A stretch of 64,000 nt of DNA, from NCBI GenBank assembly GCA_965644495.1, contig CBFFSA010000005.1, positions 372,001-436,000 of the forward strand, written 5' to 3'. A program made the position numbers and the translations under genes. Positions within the stretch are counted from its first letter, which is position 1. The number at the start of each line of letters is the position of its first letter. The stretch is from Perkinsela sp. CCAP 1560/9. Taxonomy: Eukaryota > Protista > Euglenozoa: Kinetoplastea. Of this stretch, positions 23,086 through 34,985 are shown in pieces. The notes under the pieces were generated by a model. It did not search any database and had not been told where the DNA came from. It worked only from the letters and a program-made list of their open reading frames with translations.

Positions 23086-23877
23086 ATGTTTTACTGCGCC
23101 CCCATATGGTGTGCGGATCCTAGGATCTCGAAGTCAAAATCTGCCCGTGCGGGAAAAGTACGTGGAGCTCAACTTCCCCCCGAGTACGATCTGGCTCGGT
23201 TTGTGCGCCACATGGAATTTACTATTGACTCTTGGCGGGAGACTAACCCAGCCTGTCTATGGTCAGGGGTCGGTTGTGACGAAAAAGGCACAGTGCGTAG
23301 TCTCAACTGGAACGCACTTCCGGTGCCTGGCCCCGTGGAGTGGAAAGCCGCTCCTCGCACTCTACAGTCCATGCAACTACGAGGCACGCAACTCAAAGGC
23401 ACGCTTATAACCCAAGACCTACCTCCTGCTCTCCTTCACTTCGATGTCGCTTTTAACAATCTAGAAGGGGAAGTCGCGATGTCGAGTTTTCCGCCCGGGT
23501 TAACCTGGTGTAATCTAACTGAAAATCGTTTCGAAGGTCCACTGGATCTGTGTCACCTTCCCGCATATTTGCAGACACTTCTTGTGCCACAGAACAAGTT
23601 TAGCGGTCGGCTTCTCTTGCACAGTCTTCCCTCTTCTTTGGAAATGCTGGACGTAAGTTTCAACGTATTGGATGGAACTCCCAGTTTTGATACACTTCCA
23701 GGTTCTCTCAACCAGTTGTACTTGAATCACAATAAATTTTTGGGAACAGCGAATCTGTCAAAATTGCCCGATGGACTGCGAGAGGTTAGTATCGCAAAAA
23801 ATCAATTCGAAACAGTTCTTCCCCCAGACGGGTTTGTTGAGGTGTTTGGCACGTACTGTAGAACTTCGAATGTGTGA
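23086..23877 (+). CDS. Short LRR protein
   Basis: ACLWSGVGCD cap; repeats such as LPAYLQTLLVPQNKFSG. Confidence 0.85.
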   Translation: MFYCAPIWCADPRISKSKSARAGKVRGAQLPPEYDLARFVRHMEFTIDSWRETNPACLWSGVGCDEKGTVRSLNWNALPVPGPVEWKAAPRTLQSMQLRGTQLKGTLITQDLPPALLHFDVAFNNLEGEVAMSSFPPGLTWCNLTENRFEGPLDLCHLPAYLQTLLVPQNKFSGRLLLHSLPSSLEMLDVSFNVLDGTPSFDTLPGSLNQLYLNHNKFLGTANLSKLPDGLREVSIAKNQFETVLPPDGFVEVFGTYCRTSNV

Positions 23878-24120
23878 ACTCCCAATGTCCTCGTCATGCA
23901 AGTCTTTGGAATACGGCAAAGAATAGTAGTATCGTTTTGAAAAGTAAATCTACTCTTTCAGTTTTGAAAAGGGGAAAACCCAAATTTCTAAAATAATGGT
24001 AGGCAGTGGTTGTAATAATAGTGCGATATTCAAAAATTGGTAGAGAAATTTTCTTCGTTGCATCGTTACCATAGTCGTAGTTTCCTTATTGTCTTATTTT
24101 TTTGTTGACATGACACGTAG

Positions 24121-24927
24121 ATGAGGGCACATTACAACCTTTCTCTTATAATTCTGACGATGATGTGTTGCCAAAGTCACGACTCATCGGTAGGCAAACG
24201 GAAATTGGGTGAAATGCCGTTTTTTACTTCAAATTCTACAAGCAGAAAAAGGGGTAAAATACGTGGCACCATTCTTCCCCAAACGTATAGTCTTCTTCAT
24301 GCAGTGCGGCACATTACGAATCCGGACGAGTCGTGGACAACGCAAAAGTCCGCTTGCGAGTGGTTTGGTGTCATTTGCAACTTATCGGAAGAGGTAACCA
24401 TTGTCGTTTGGTCCTCCATGGGACTTAAAGGGAATTTGACTTACACACATTTGCCTCCAACCGTGGGGGAAGTAAATCTTTTTGAAAATAATCTATGTGG
24501 ACCCCTACCACTTGAAGATTTATACCTTCCTCTACAAGAGTTAGCGCTCCCTCAAAACATGCATAGTGGGTCACTAGTACTCAACGGTATCTCTTTGCCG
24601 CTGCGTAAACTGAGCCTGCAAGAGAATAATTTCTCTGGAACACTGGACCTTACCTCACTCCCCAGTTCACTTAAAGAGCTGCGTCTGCAATGCAATCATT
24701 TTGAGGGTGGAATTTCATTAGAAAAACTGCCAGCTTCTCTTGTTTTGCTTTCACTTTCACAAAATTTATTAGTTGGGCAAATATCACTTTCTTCTCTTCC
24801 AAGTTCTTTAAAGTTTCTCTATTTACAGTGTAATCGTTTCAGTAAATGTGTGGGTTTTTCGCATATACCACACTCACTACGTGTACTCAACATAACTGAA
24901 AATCTATTTGACCATGAAATATGCTAA
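24121..24927 (+). CDS. Short LRR protein (tandem paralogue)
   Basis: ACEWFGVICN cap; LPSSLKELRLQCNHFEG. Confidence 0.85.
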   Translation: MRAHYNLSLIILTMMCCQSHDSSVGKRKLGEMPFFTSNSTSRKRGKIRGTILPQTYSLLHAVRHITNPDESWTTQKSACEWFGVICNLSEEVTIVVWSSMGLKGNLTYTHLPPTVGEVNLFENNLCGPLPLEDLYLPLQELALPQNMHSGSLVLNGISLPLRKLSLQENNFSGTLDLTSLPSSLKELRLQCNHFEGGISLEKLPASLVLLSLSQNLLVGQISLSSLPSSLKFLYLQCNRFSKCVGFSHIPHSLRVLNITENLFDHEIC

Positions 24928-25118
24928 AGCTTGCAGTATTCACTAGTTCTTGTAAACAAAAAGTGTTGTGTAAATAAAAAAGTCGGAACTTTGCTATAGA
25001 ACATTTATTTTGGTCATAATGAGTCATTACTAATGACAATAATCAAGACGGGAGCTTGTAATTTTATGCATTTTAAATTGTTTTATATTTTTTCTTTCAT
25101 CTTGTCTGAACGCACATC

Positions 25119-25616
25119 ATGCCGCCAAAATTTGATCCCAATCAGGAACACCTTCTCGTCGTGCGATGTGTCGGAGGGGAACCCGTGAGCACGGGAACGC
25201 TTGGTCCTAAACTCGGACCTTTCGGGCTCCCTGCTAAGAAAGTTGGTGAAGACATTCAAAAGGCAACGAAGGACTGGAAAGGTCTTAAAATAACGTGCCA
25301 CCTAGTTGTAAAAAATCGGCAAGCGGAGATTAAGATTGTACCCAGCGCAGCATCTTTGATCATTCGGGCCTTGAAAGAACCTCTTCGTGACCGCAAGAAG
25401 GTGAAGAATATTAAGCACAGCGGCAACATTTCTTACCAGGATGCTCTCTCCATTGCGAAACAGCTCCGTCCACGCTCACTGTCGCGGAATATGGCTGGCA
25501 CGGTGCGCGAAGTTCTCGGGACCTGCCAATCTGTGGGATGCACGGTTCAAAATTTGCCTCCGCACGACCTCATAGAGCAGATCAAATTAGGGGCTCTCGA
25601 AGTACCAGAAGAATAG
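25119..25616 (+). CDS. RPL12: 60S ribosomal protein L12 (uL11)
   Basis: [50 protein letters not shown]. Confidence 0.97.
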   Translation: MPPKFDPNQEHLLVVRCVGGEPVSTGTLGPKLGPFGLPAKKVGEDIQKATKDWKGLKITCHLVVKNRQAEIKIVPSAASLIIRALKEPLRDRKKVKNIKHSGNISYQDALSIAKQLRPRSLSRNMAGTVREVLGTCQSVGCTVQNLPPHDLIEQIKLGALEVPEE

Positions 25617-25962
25617 AGCAAAAGGGTAAGATTTTATGTGTGCAGAAAAGAAAGGTTAAGTGCAGCGTCTCTGAAAGTGCATATTCAAACATTGTCTTCA
25701 TGGAGATACTTTATCATTGGTTGTAATTAGCAATCAAACCTAAAAATCATTTTTAATTAAAGTTGAACGAGTGGAAACTCATTTTTTGGACAGAAAGCTA
25801 CTCAAAAATCATAGCCTGACACTGGGAATTAATTGATTGCGTCCACTTTTAGTACCCTTTAGGCAATTTTACTAATCAGTTCTTATGTTTTCGAACAGTC
25901 GTACTCTGGCAAATTGATTTTATTCTGCTCTCTCCTTCGTACTGTGACCTTTTTTCTTACCC

Positions 25963-28900
25963 ATGCGAGTCTCATGGGTCTACCTGTTACGCCTAAGAAG
26001 GTTGGAGCGCACCACATGTCGTGTAGTGAATCGAATGTGGCATCAAATGGTTCATGGTTTGACTTCGGTTACGCAAACTCAGCGCAGATACAATTCTGAC
26101 GAGTCCAAAAAAAATATCGGTCAATCTCATACAATAGAACGTACAGAACATACGAAAGTACATTTTAAAGAATCCTCTGACAAGCTCTATTTTGAAGCTC
26201 GATCTCAAATGTGTGGTGCGCGGGATCGAGCTCGTAAAGCATCAACTTCGGCCCAAGTGAGACGATTTAGAGTCGCTGCCAATTTAATTCGAATTCCTTC
26301 GAATGGTGATGTATATATTCTTGAAGAAATTTTAGAATTTTATTGGCAACACAGAGGCATATGGACTCCGACTGAAGAGCAAATTGGCCGATTGATTTCC
26401 TTATGCCACACTCATCTTGAGGATATCACACCCATGATTTTTGTGTGCATAACGCGACTACATGGACGCACTCATAGGAATCCTAAAACTTTTATCCAAC
26501 GATGTTTGTCCTCTGCAATAATTGGAAAGACTAACATGGATCAGTTGATGTCAATCTTATCTTTACTTAAAGGACAGCATCTCATAGATCTTCCGATTGA
26601 ACTTCGAAGCTGTCTTGAAAAACGTTTCTTATTGCTTGAAACCCATGAAAACATTGGTGCTTTGCACAGAGTTGCTTTGCGCTTCTTCCTGTCTTTGAAC
26701 ATTGATGTTCGTATACTTTTTCAGCGTCATTCTGTGTTCTATACCAGACTGTTATTACATTCTTGCCAGTATCATAATCAAAAGAAAAATACCCTGCAAT
26801 CAACTAAGTCCCTAGATCGTGATGCAACTGCACTTGATGGCAATGTTTTATCTGAAACAAATTTGTCAAAACAAGATTCTGCAGGAAGTACCTCTGACTA
26901 CCACGATGTGCTTCATGTAGGCTATCTCAAGAAAGTGGTTCAATATTTGCCTTATTTAGAATCTAAGGAAAAAATTAAACTTTTGCGCTATGAGTTAGCG
27001 TTGGCTATCAGCCGGTTGCCTTCTCAAGATCAGTATTCCAAGAGGTCCAGCGCGTTCGAAGAATACTTTAGCTACCTGCAAAATGAACTGCCATTGAGCG
27101 GTTTGCTGCAAGTTTTTCTTAACTTTTTCCGGGAAGATAAAGCTCAGAATACTTATGGATTCGAAATATGGTCAGGTATTTTTTATCGTCTCCAATGCTT
27201 GGTTTTTGCTTATGCTGCCTGGCGATTCATACACGCCGCCATAAGTAGATGTATGCTTCCGAATTTATCAGAAGAACATATCTTTTCTTTGGCAACATCT
27301 GCCTGGTGTAAAATAAGTGAGCAGCGGTACACGTTGTGCGAAGGATTTCTCGGAAAATATGGCAGTTATATCCAACCGGAATATTTTCTTGCCCATCCCT
27401 GTTTTCATGAATTCATGGACGTCATTGTAATAGAGTTTTATTGTCTCAAAGATGGTACACATAGTGACTTTAAGGCTCGCGATCTGACGCAATTAGCATT
27501 TATTCCATGCGAAAGCTTTGATACATCGTCCTACGTGGAAGGGGCCACCTTTGATCATAGCTACCATGCTCTGAATCAAGAAATTGAATCTTCATTGTAC
27601 AGCATTATCAGGGCAATGAATACACAAATAGTTCAAGAAAATTCTAATATCAATGCTTTCGCTCTGGCATTTCTTGGAAACTGTGAATTTAACGGGGAAG
27701 CAACCAAAATCCTTAAACATACATTGTGGGAGCATTGGATTGAACAGAATTGGTATAATGTTGTTCCACAACGCGCTATCCTGCTCCTTCAATGTGCAGT
27801 TGCTACCAATGAATGGGAGCAGCTCGCAGTGCGACAGCTTATCGGATTTCTAAATGAAGCCGGGGTGAAAATGCTTGCGGACTCCGATCTTGCCTTCATG
27901 TGTAGCATTCTGACTCTTGTACCAATAAAAGATAGAAATCTTCTTCGGTTTATCTTTGCCGTAGTGCGTCGTTGGCATAGTGCAGTACAAACGAGAGAGG
28001 GTGCTCAACTGGTATCTCAATACCTCCCTTCTATCCTTTTTCTGGTTTGTCGAACTATCAATACGGACCAACACGAAGCACTTAAAGAGCTAGCGAACGT
28101 TGCACTTGGCTACAACGGTGGAAACCCGGAATGTACCGCTCGGTCAATAGTTGCGATGCATTATCACATTTTTTTAGGCAAGGAATCTTGGCTTGATAAT
28201 AACTTGGTTGCCTCTTTCTTGAGGAAAGCTCTCGCAAGAAATTTATATTTGCCGAACGCGGTTCAGCATAGAACCTTTTTTCACGCCGTTTTAGTAAGTA
28301 GTCCGTTTTCTCGAAAAACAAATTTATTATATCATTTGCTTCAGCTGTGTAGCATAACGAAATTAAAAACCCGGACTGTAGATACACTGCTTTGTCACTC
28401 TGAATCGCGAAACCCAACACATACTAAAATTGTGGCCCTTTGTGTGCTCCTTTCGCGAGGAATATGGAACGAATCTTCTAACAGTTTATTGTCTGATATA
28501 CATCAGCGCTTTGCTTCAAGCTACGATCTATTGTTTCTTGCATCCGCGCTTTCTCGAGTACCGCTCCAAGGAGAAAATCGAGAGAAATGTATTAGTTGGG
28601 TGGAAAGTCGCATACCAAGATGTCATGCGTCGGAATTACGCTTGCTTGTGTCCCGCTTCTTGACGAAATATCCAAGAATTACTCGCATGTTAATCAGAGA
28701 AATTTCTAAACGTCTCAAAATTCGGTCCATTCAAAGATGCGACGTGCTATCGATGCTTCAGGCATGTGTTACAATGGTAGAGGAAAATTTTGATAAAGAG
28801 TTTTTGATATGCATTGATTATCTTCTGAAAAGTTCATCTTGCGATACAGAGAGTGCTTTTATGGATCTTGTTTCGATATTACAGATGATGGGCCACGGCG

Positions 28901-29565
28901 GTTGGAAGCATGACGGACTACTGCGTAAATCGGTTTCGCGCTTCTTAGCTATAGATCATGGAAAGATGGTGCCTTACCACATAAGCTCTCTTCTGGCTAC
29001 TTTGCGTCGAATAGAAGTCGCTGACGTCTACACCCCACGCGAATTTCAGCGCATATTGTTTCACCTTTGTGGAAAAATAAATTGCATCCACCAATGCACT
29101 CCTATTTCTGGTCGTTTGGCTGTGTCCATAATGACCTCGTTAAGTACACTAAATTATCGTGACAGTTCTCTTTTGGCCTCTTTTGAAAAGTCGTTCCTTC
29201 GAGATCTCCCCACAATGGACTGCATTACAGTTTCAGCGTTGCTTTTGACGAGCTCACGCTTAGGGTATCACAAACATGAATTTCTGAAGTCATGTTTCGG
29301 TCGATGTGAAGAGTTAAACTGGACTAGGTTTCCTACGCAAGCCATACACGTGGTTTACGCCGCGTTTGATATGGGATACTTTTGCGATGTGCTCGTATTT
29401 ATTATGAATAGCATTGAGATTTCTAGGGCTATGCGCTCCGTACTGGAACAGCATTCAATTTATCGTCTATTATCGGACGCAGTGTCAATAGCGCAGAAAC
29501 GGGGTATGGAACATCTGTTGGATACTCCAGTAGCACAGTTGGTCACATGGGAAGGGTTCAAATAG
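25963..29565 (+). CDS. Large alpha-helical repeat protein, probably mitochondrial RNA-binding (FASTK/RESC-like repeats)
   Basis: Arg-rich presequence-like N-terminus; C-terminal repeats AVSIMTSLSTLNYRDSSLLASF and VSALLLTSSRLGYHKHEFL. Confidence 0.6.
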   Translation: MRVSWVYLLRLRRLERTTCRVVNRMWHQMVHGLTSVTQTQRRYNSDESKKNIGQSHTIERTEHTKVHFKESSDKLYFEARSQMCGARDRARKASTSAQVRRFRVAANLIRIPSNGDVYILEEILEFYWQHRGIWTPTEEQIGRLISLCHTHLEDITPMIFVCITRLHGRTHRNPKTFIQRCLSSAIIGKTNMDQLMSILSLLKGQHLIDLPIELRSCLEKRFLLLETHENIGALHRVALRFFLSLNIDVRILFQRHSVFYTRLLLHSCQYHNQKKNTLQSTKSLDRDATALDGNVLSETNLSKQDSAGSTSDYHDVLHVGYLKKVVQYLPYLESKEKIKLLRYELALAISRLPSQDQYSKRSSAFEEYFSYLQNELPLSGLLQVFLNFFREDKAQNTYGFEIWSGIFYRLQCLVFAYAAWRFIHAAISRCMLPNLSEEHIFSLATSAWCKISEQRYTLCEGFLGKYGSYIQPEYFLAHPCFHEFMDVIVIEFYCLKDGTHSDFKARDLTQLAFIPCESFDTSSYVEGATFDHSYHALNQEIESSLYSIIRAMNTQIVQENSNINAFALAFLGNCEFNGEATKILKHTLWEHWIEQNWYNVVPQRAILLLQCAVATNEWEQLAVRQLIGFLNEAGVKMLADSDLAFMCSILTLVPIKDRNLLRFIFAVVRRWHSAVQTREGAQLVSQYLPSILFLVCRTINTDQHEALKELANVALGYNGGNPECTARSIVAMHYHIFLGKESWLDNNLVASFLRKALARNLYLPNAVQHRTFFHAVLVSSPFSRKTNLLYHLLQLCSITKLKTRTVDTLLCHSESRNPTHTKIVALCVLLSRGIWNESSNSLLSDIHQRFASSYDLLFLASALSRVPLQGENREKCISWVESRIPRCHASELRLLVSRFLTKYPRITRMLIREISKRLKIRSIQRCDVLSMLQACVTMVEENFDKEFLICIDYLLKSSSCDTESAFMDLVSILQMMGHGGWKHDGLLRKSVSRFLAIDHGKMVPYHISSLLATLRRIEVADVYTPREFQRILFHLCGKINCIHQCTPISGRLAVSIMTSLSTLNYRDSSLLASFEKSFLRDLPTMDCITVSALLLTSSRLGYHKHEFLKSCFGRCEELNWTRFPTQAIHVVYAAFDMGYFCDVLVFIMNSIEISRAMRSVLEQHSIYRLLSDAVSIAQKRGMEHLLDTPVAQLVTWEGFK

Positions 29566-29822
29566 GTGTACACAGTCATTCATTTTATATTATAAAATTT
29601 ATAACCGATTTTTTGGCTCGCACAATTAGCATGGATTATTTTTCTCCTACGACGTGCACCTTTAAAAAAAATTAAAATACATCCTGTGCAGTGTACATAC
29701 AGTATAGTGTATGTACAGCGTTTGCACTACACGTTGTATGCAAAACTACACATTTTGCTCTACTTTAATATCAAAAATATATTTTACCTTTCTTTTTATA
29801 TTTCTCCTGGTAGTTCTCTACG

Positions 29823-30929
29823 ATGAGCTACTCGTCTACCGAGTTACCTCCTTCGCAGACGTCTTGCACGGAATCCTACAATTGTTCTCCACCAAGTCTT
29901 GAACTGGATCATCAAAATATATCCCGCTCCAGACCTCGAAGGCAGCGTCGGTCGCGTTATTCTCGAATTCCTCTAACGGGGCAAGGAAAAGATACTCGTG
30001 AAGCCGCTCCCGCCAATGCGGAATCTTATCCACCAACACCTTATCTTACATCTTACGGCGAGCCTTTCGAAGATTTAATTTTTCAGCTGCAGCAGGCACA
30101 AGATCATGTCGCTCACTTGCAGCAATGCTGCATGGCCTACGAAGCCAAAATTCAGGACCTCGAATATTGCGCTCAACAATCTGCACGAGGTACGAATTCC
30201 GCGTCGTTTTCAACTGCTTGTATTTCTCACGCACGGATCGAACCTTCTTGCGAAGATTCGCAGGACAAGATGTCTTTGTTCGGTAGGAAAATTAAAAATA
30301 ACACAGTTTCATCTGTGCGACTTACCGAAACAGGTAATCACGATATAAAAAATAGCATACAGCGCATGAAGAAATCTACTCTTGATGCTGCCACAGACGT
30401 ACTTGGTCTCCCGCAAGCTGTCCCGTTAGAAGATCAAATGGTTTTTCACACCTTGGTTGACCTTGGAAATCTTCATCCTATCCAAATCAACCTTTATAAA
30501 AACGTCAGCCCCATGTTACAAACCCAAGACACCTACGCCCGAGCCATCTTCGAACACTGTGACGATGTCTGCAACCTTCTTCCCACCTTGAAACCCAATT
30601 TTACCTTTGGTTATGAGGTCTCTCAATCCTGGTACAGCGCGGACGACTCCCTCTCCGAGGACAGTCTCGAGGACTTTGCATCCTTCTCCCTACGCGGCAG
30701 CGCACCGCCTGCCCACCCCTCACAGTTTCCCTCACAGTCGCCTTCCTCTGCGGCCGTGAGATCCCACGTACGCAGAGTTCCCTCCACCCCTACTGGTTCC
30801 TCCGGGCACAGCTCTTTTCGCAGTGCCGTGACACGCCGACTGACACGCGGGCTCGAGGAGCGCGGGGGGAGGTTTGACACAAAGATACCCTCCCCGAGTA
30901 TCTCCTTTCGTCGCGCGCATCATAAGTGA
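29823..30929 (+). CDS. Hypothetical protein with a short coiled coil and Ser/Pro-rich ends
   Basis: 368-aa ATG ORF; LQQAQDHVAHLQQCCMAYEAKIQDLE. Confidence 0.65.
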   Translation: MSYSSTELPPSQTSCTESYNCSPPSLELDHQNISRSRPRRQRRSRYSRIPLTGQGKDTREAAPANAESYPPTPYLTSYGEPFEDLIFQLQQAQDHVAHLQQCCMAYEAKIQDLEYCAQQSARGTNSASFSTACISHARIEPSCEDSQDKMSLFGRKIKNNTVSSVRLTETGNHDIKNSIQRMKKSTLDAATDVLGLPQAVPLEDQMVFHTLVDLGNLHPIQINLYKNVSPMLQTQDTYARAIFEHCDDVCNLLPTLKPNFTFGYEVSQSWYSADDSLSEDSLEDFASFSLRGSAPPAHPSQFPSQSPSSAAVRSHVRRVPSTPTGSSGHSSFRSAVTRRLTRGLEERGGRFDTKIPSPSISFRRAHHK

Positions 30930-31595
30930 ACGAGATGGAGCCATGGATACGCTCCACGCGTGCGTGTTGGGGGGGGGGGGGGTAAAAAAGAGGTGACTTT
31001 GCTTTTTTTTCTTGGGAATGATACAAGGTGTGAAAAAGAATACAGGATTATCATGTTTTAAAGACTTTTCTTTCTTCTGTATAAGGATGTTTGACTTTTT
31101 TGAAAAAGGTCACTTATCCTCAGTCATGTTTAAGAACGGAAGTTATGATTGTTGCTCAATATTAAGTCCAAAAATAACGTGGTAAAGTAACTCTAAATTC
31201 ATTTTAATTAAATATCTAAGATTTACATGGACAATATGGTGAACTATATTGTTAAGCAAATTTAAAATTTGTAATGACAAGTAAAGTTAAAGACATTCTA
31301 ATTTGTGATTTTAAATTAAGTTTGTAAATATGCTTCTCTGTGGAAAATAAGCGTCCTACTGGGAGTGCTTAAATTGTTTTCATTGGTCAACTTTCGTTGT
31401 CTTCAGTAGAATCTCTAACTCTAAGGTGTTTCTTGCAGGATAGATGTACATACACTCTAATTTTTTATGAACCCCTTCTTGCCGAATAGCATATTCAGAA
31501 AACACGTCGCGTGACCTTATTTTTTTTAAATGTCGTCTTAATTTACTGATCGATACAACATTTCTTTACATAAAACTATACGTTCCACACACAAA

Positions 31596-32663
31596 ATGAT
31601 ACATACACGGCGTCTTCGTTGTTTAACAGGGGAAGCATGGATCAAAAGTAAGCTTCCGGCGGTCAAATCGCCCCTAACAGTACGTCCAACCCAAGGGCTA
31701 TCTTCGCTTGAGAAATATGAAAACTACACCCTTCAAGGCAAAGCGCGGAAGAGAGGGAAAATGTCGAAACAAAGCGGGAAAACTGCATCAGATGTAGAGG
31801 TAATTCAGAAATCTGAAGAAGATTCTCTTCACATTCACACTACTCCGATACGCATGAGAATGCGTGAGGTATACGAAATCACACCTCACGAAGCCCAACT
31901 CAGTGCAGTTTCCGCACATCAACGCGAGATGTATAAAGGAGTCGACGTGCGAGAGCCCTCAACAGTTTCAAAGTATGATGGAACGCGTCCAAAATCTCTT
32001 TCAATGCAAGATAAAGTACAAGCTGTGGCTGATTTTATGAGTGGCAACTTAGCATTTCAGGTCATGAGTCCAGAGTGGGTCAAACTTTTCAATTTACAGC
32101 ACCTGGAACTTGACGTAATTTACTTTCTATGGGTCCTGCACCTTCACCTAATCGCTCGCCGGGCACTTTCCGTATCCGTGGATGACTGGTCGCGTCGCAG
32201 AGAGGTTATGCAAGAAATGCTTGAATCCATGCGAACCTCGTGGGAGCAAAGTTGTCAGAGTCTAATGGGCCGTCCCCCCATGTTTAAAATCCGACATTTT
32301 ATTCTGGATATGTACTACGTAGTCTCTTGTAATCTTGAGGAGGCCCTCTCCCATGAGGGGCCTGGGGCGGACCTTGCAGTGCTCAGTGTTCTCATGAGGT
32401 TGATGCCTTTGCCCCGGCCGGAAGACCTCTCTTTCTACACATACTACGCTCTTGTCCACTACATTCGCTTTCACATTGCGCTTTTGGACCGAACCCCTGA
32501 TGAGGAAATTTACAAGGGCAATTTTCATTTTCTGAGTCCACTTGACCCCGTTATTACTAGGCCTTACGAAGAGGTTCCGATGGATGATGTAATTCGGCGA
32601 TGGAGTGCAGAGAACTGCGCGTCAAGCGCTTCCTCAGAAAACAATGATCGGAAGAAGTCGTAG
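31596..32663 (+). CDS. Ubiquinol-cytochrome c chaperone (CBP3/UQCC1)-like mitochondrial protein
   Basis: Presequence-like start; VIYFLWVLHLHLIARR and LVHYIRFHIALLD resemble the Ubiq_cyt_C_chap helices. Confidence 0.55.
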   Translation: MIHTRRLRCLTGEAWIKSKLPAVKSPLTVRPTQGLSSLEKYENYTLQGKARKRGKMSKQSGKTASDVEVIQKSEEDSLHIHTTPIRMRMREVYEITPHEAQLSAVSAHQREMYKGVDVREPSTVSKYDGTRPKSLSMQDKVQAVADFMSGNLAFQVMSPEWVKLFNLQHLELDVIYFLWVLHLHLIARRALSVSVDDWSRRREVMQEMLESMRTSWEQSCQSLMGRPPMFKIRHFILDMYYVVSCNLEEALSHEGPGADLAVLSVLMRLMPLPRPEDLSFYTYYALVHYIRFHIALLDRTPDEEIYKGNFHFLSPLDPVITRPYEEVPMDDVIRRWSAENCASSASSENNDRKKS

Positions 32664-32935
32664 TGGATGAAACGCGTAACTTACGAAATTGATGGCCGAC
32701 ATTTTTTTCGTGTCCAAATTTTTTCATCTCTTGCTGTTAAATCTCAAACTTGTTTTCTGTAGGTCATTTTGATATTTCTTATAACTTTTTTTTGCTGTAT
32801 GGGCTTCCTAAAAAAATTAAAATTCACTACTTTAAATATAAGGAAAACGTTTCTTATGTTTTTTCGAGCAGTTGAGACCTTAGTATAAATCTTTCATGTT
32901 TCAAAACAAGTGTGGCGCTACCCCTACTGTCAAAA

Positions 32936-34681
32936 ATGGTTAGTGCTAAAGATTTTTCGCTGCTACGACAGGCCATATCGAAACGGGATTGCGATGCTGC
33001 TCTATTGTATCTTCGAAACTGGCTCAGTTCCACATCGAAAGCGCCTTCAACTTTGGTTTCTGACATGAAATTTGCCGAAGAAATCACTCTGAAAACAAAA
33101 AAGCGGGTAAAAGATCCTGCGCAAGAAGTAATGTTGCCTCCTTCATTAGTTTCAGCAGCCCTGCATTTATGTACATCTACGAACCGATGGTCGGACGCCA
33201 GTTCATTGTTACAAGATCTACTAAGGGTACATGATTTTCAATGGAATTCCTCAATTTTAGCCAAGAGCATTACTATCTTATGTAGAAATAGCGCTTTCTC
33301 CGGGGGTAACTCCGGCTATTCGTCTTCAGAAAACGAGGAGAAAAAGGGATTATCTCGAGAAAATGCTTTACCGCACGTGAAAAATGAATCCTGCTTAAAA
33401 AACGTGTTAGCAATATTGAAGAAGGCCCATTTTGGAAGTCTTGGGGAGGGTTCTGCTATTCAAAGACGGCATTTTGCTCCTTTTTTTGAAATTTGCAGCA
33501 GCTTTGCTTTGCTGAACGAGGCGCGTGCATTCGCACGAAAGGCTAGCGTTGTTTTGGATCAAGTAGACTACGCTTGCATGCTCAAACTTCCTTTTGCGGG
33601 TCAGTTGCTTCACGGCATTCTTCAAGATATGAGAGAAGACATCCCATTGGTTTCGCATGACTTTGTCGATGCCGTTTTCTACGCGTGTAGAGATTCTGAG
33701 CCTGACAAGAACATTAAGCCAAATGCATCCGAGTGCACCATACGAGATGAGGTGGAAGTGGTGTTTCCCGCAGCATATGAACAAAAAGATACCGATATCC
33801 TTTGTAGGAGGCCATCCGAACAACATTTCGGTTACTGTAGTCATTGCAAAGGCGAATTACAGTTATATCCTTTCAGTGAGGAGTATCGTGCACAACTTCT
33901 GGGCGATATTGAGAAAACATTAATACCTGCAGAACTTCCTAATGAGGTCATTTCCAAACTCAGGAAAATGTGCGATGATCGGGTCATTCGAGTGATTATT
34001 GATGGTGCCAACGTAGGCTATTGCGGTCTCTCAGCTTGGGGTGCTGAATCGATTGAATCTCAAAACTTTCGAGAGAAGGAAGAGAACGTGATTGAAAAAA
34101 TTCAGGACGAAGATCGTAAGTGGAGAAAGCGCGCTGCAACAAAAAAGGTTCCTGCTCGATTGGAGCATATTCAAGCAGTGTGTGAGGCGATAGAAAATGC
34201 GAAGCTGGGAACTCCTCTTATTGTTTTTCACGAACGTCACACGGCCAAAGAGGCCCTTCAGCCCCAGTATCAGGAGATGGTACGCAATTGGCGTGAAAGG
34301 GGCATTTTATACACCTCGCCCGAGGGGGTTTGCGACGATTATTTTTGGCTCTATGCTGCTGTGTACCTTAGCCAGCCGAGTCGTCCTGCATATGTGATTA
34401 CTAATGATAAAATGAGAGATCACCACTACGCGATGCTTTCTCAAAAATCCTTTTTGAGATGGAAACAGACGAGTCAAATCTTTTTTGGGATTTTAGCTCC
34501 TGGGATGAGAGCGCGGTTGCAAGTGCCTCGTTCGTACTCTTTTTGCATGCAATATGAGGAAAGCAACAGGCATTGGCATCTACCGTACCGCGATCGAGTA
34601 GATGACCAAATAAGATGGTTATGCGTTGAAATACCACAGCAGACGAGTGATACAACAAAAAATGACACACCCGCTGTGTAG
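32936..34681 (+). CDS. PRORP: Protein-only RNase P (PPR + NYN)
   Basis: CSHC zinc site, [33 protein letters not shown]; first ATG at 32936. Confidence 0.92.
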   Translation: MVSAKDFSLLRQAISKRDCDAALLYLRNWLSSTSKAPSTLVSDMKFAEEITLKTKKRVKDPAQEVMLPPSLVSAALHLCTSTNRWSDASSLLQDLLRVHDFQWNSSILAKSITILCRNSAFSGGNSGYSSSENEEKKGLSRENALPHVKNESCLKNVLAILKKAHFGSLGEGSAIQRRHFAPFFEICSSFALLNEARAFARKASVVLDQVDYACMLKLPFAGQLLHGILQDMREDIPLVSHDFVDAVFYACRDSEPDKNIKPNASECTIRDEVEVVFPAAYEQKDTDILCRRPSEQHFGYCSHCKGELQLYPFSEEYRAQLLGDIEKTLIPAELPNEVISKLRKMCDDRVIRVIIDGANVGYCGLSAWGAESIESQNFREKEENVIEKIQDEDRKWRKRAATKKVPARLEHIQAVCEAIENAKLGTPLIVFHERHTAKEALQPQYQEMVRNWRERGILYTSPEGVCDDYFWLYAAVYLSQPSRPAYVITNDKMRDHHYAMLSQKSFLRWKQTSQIFFGILAPGMRARLQVPRSYSFCMQYEESNRHWHLPYRDRVDDQIRWLCVEIPQQTSDTTKNDTPAV

Positions 34682-34985
34682 GAATTTCTTAAAATCCTTG
34701 CACATCTGTTGCCCATTACGTTCCTCTAATCACTTTTTACTGATTATTACGTTGTTTGGTCTTTGTAGGCTTCCAATTTTGCGATCACATCATAGCAAAG
34801 TGAACATGTACAGTGCTTCGAGTACACTGCGAGTTTCTAGTACAATGAGATTCTATGCAGTTTTCAAAGCACTAAATCACACACAGTACTTGAAATATAA
34901 GTATCTCATACATCACAGTTTGAAAATCCTAAGTGCTCTTTTTCTTGTTTATCGGGGTGCTTACGTCAATGTAACTTCACAAAGA

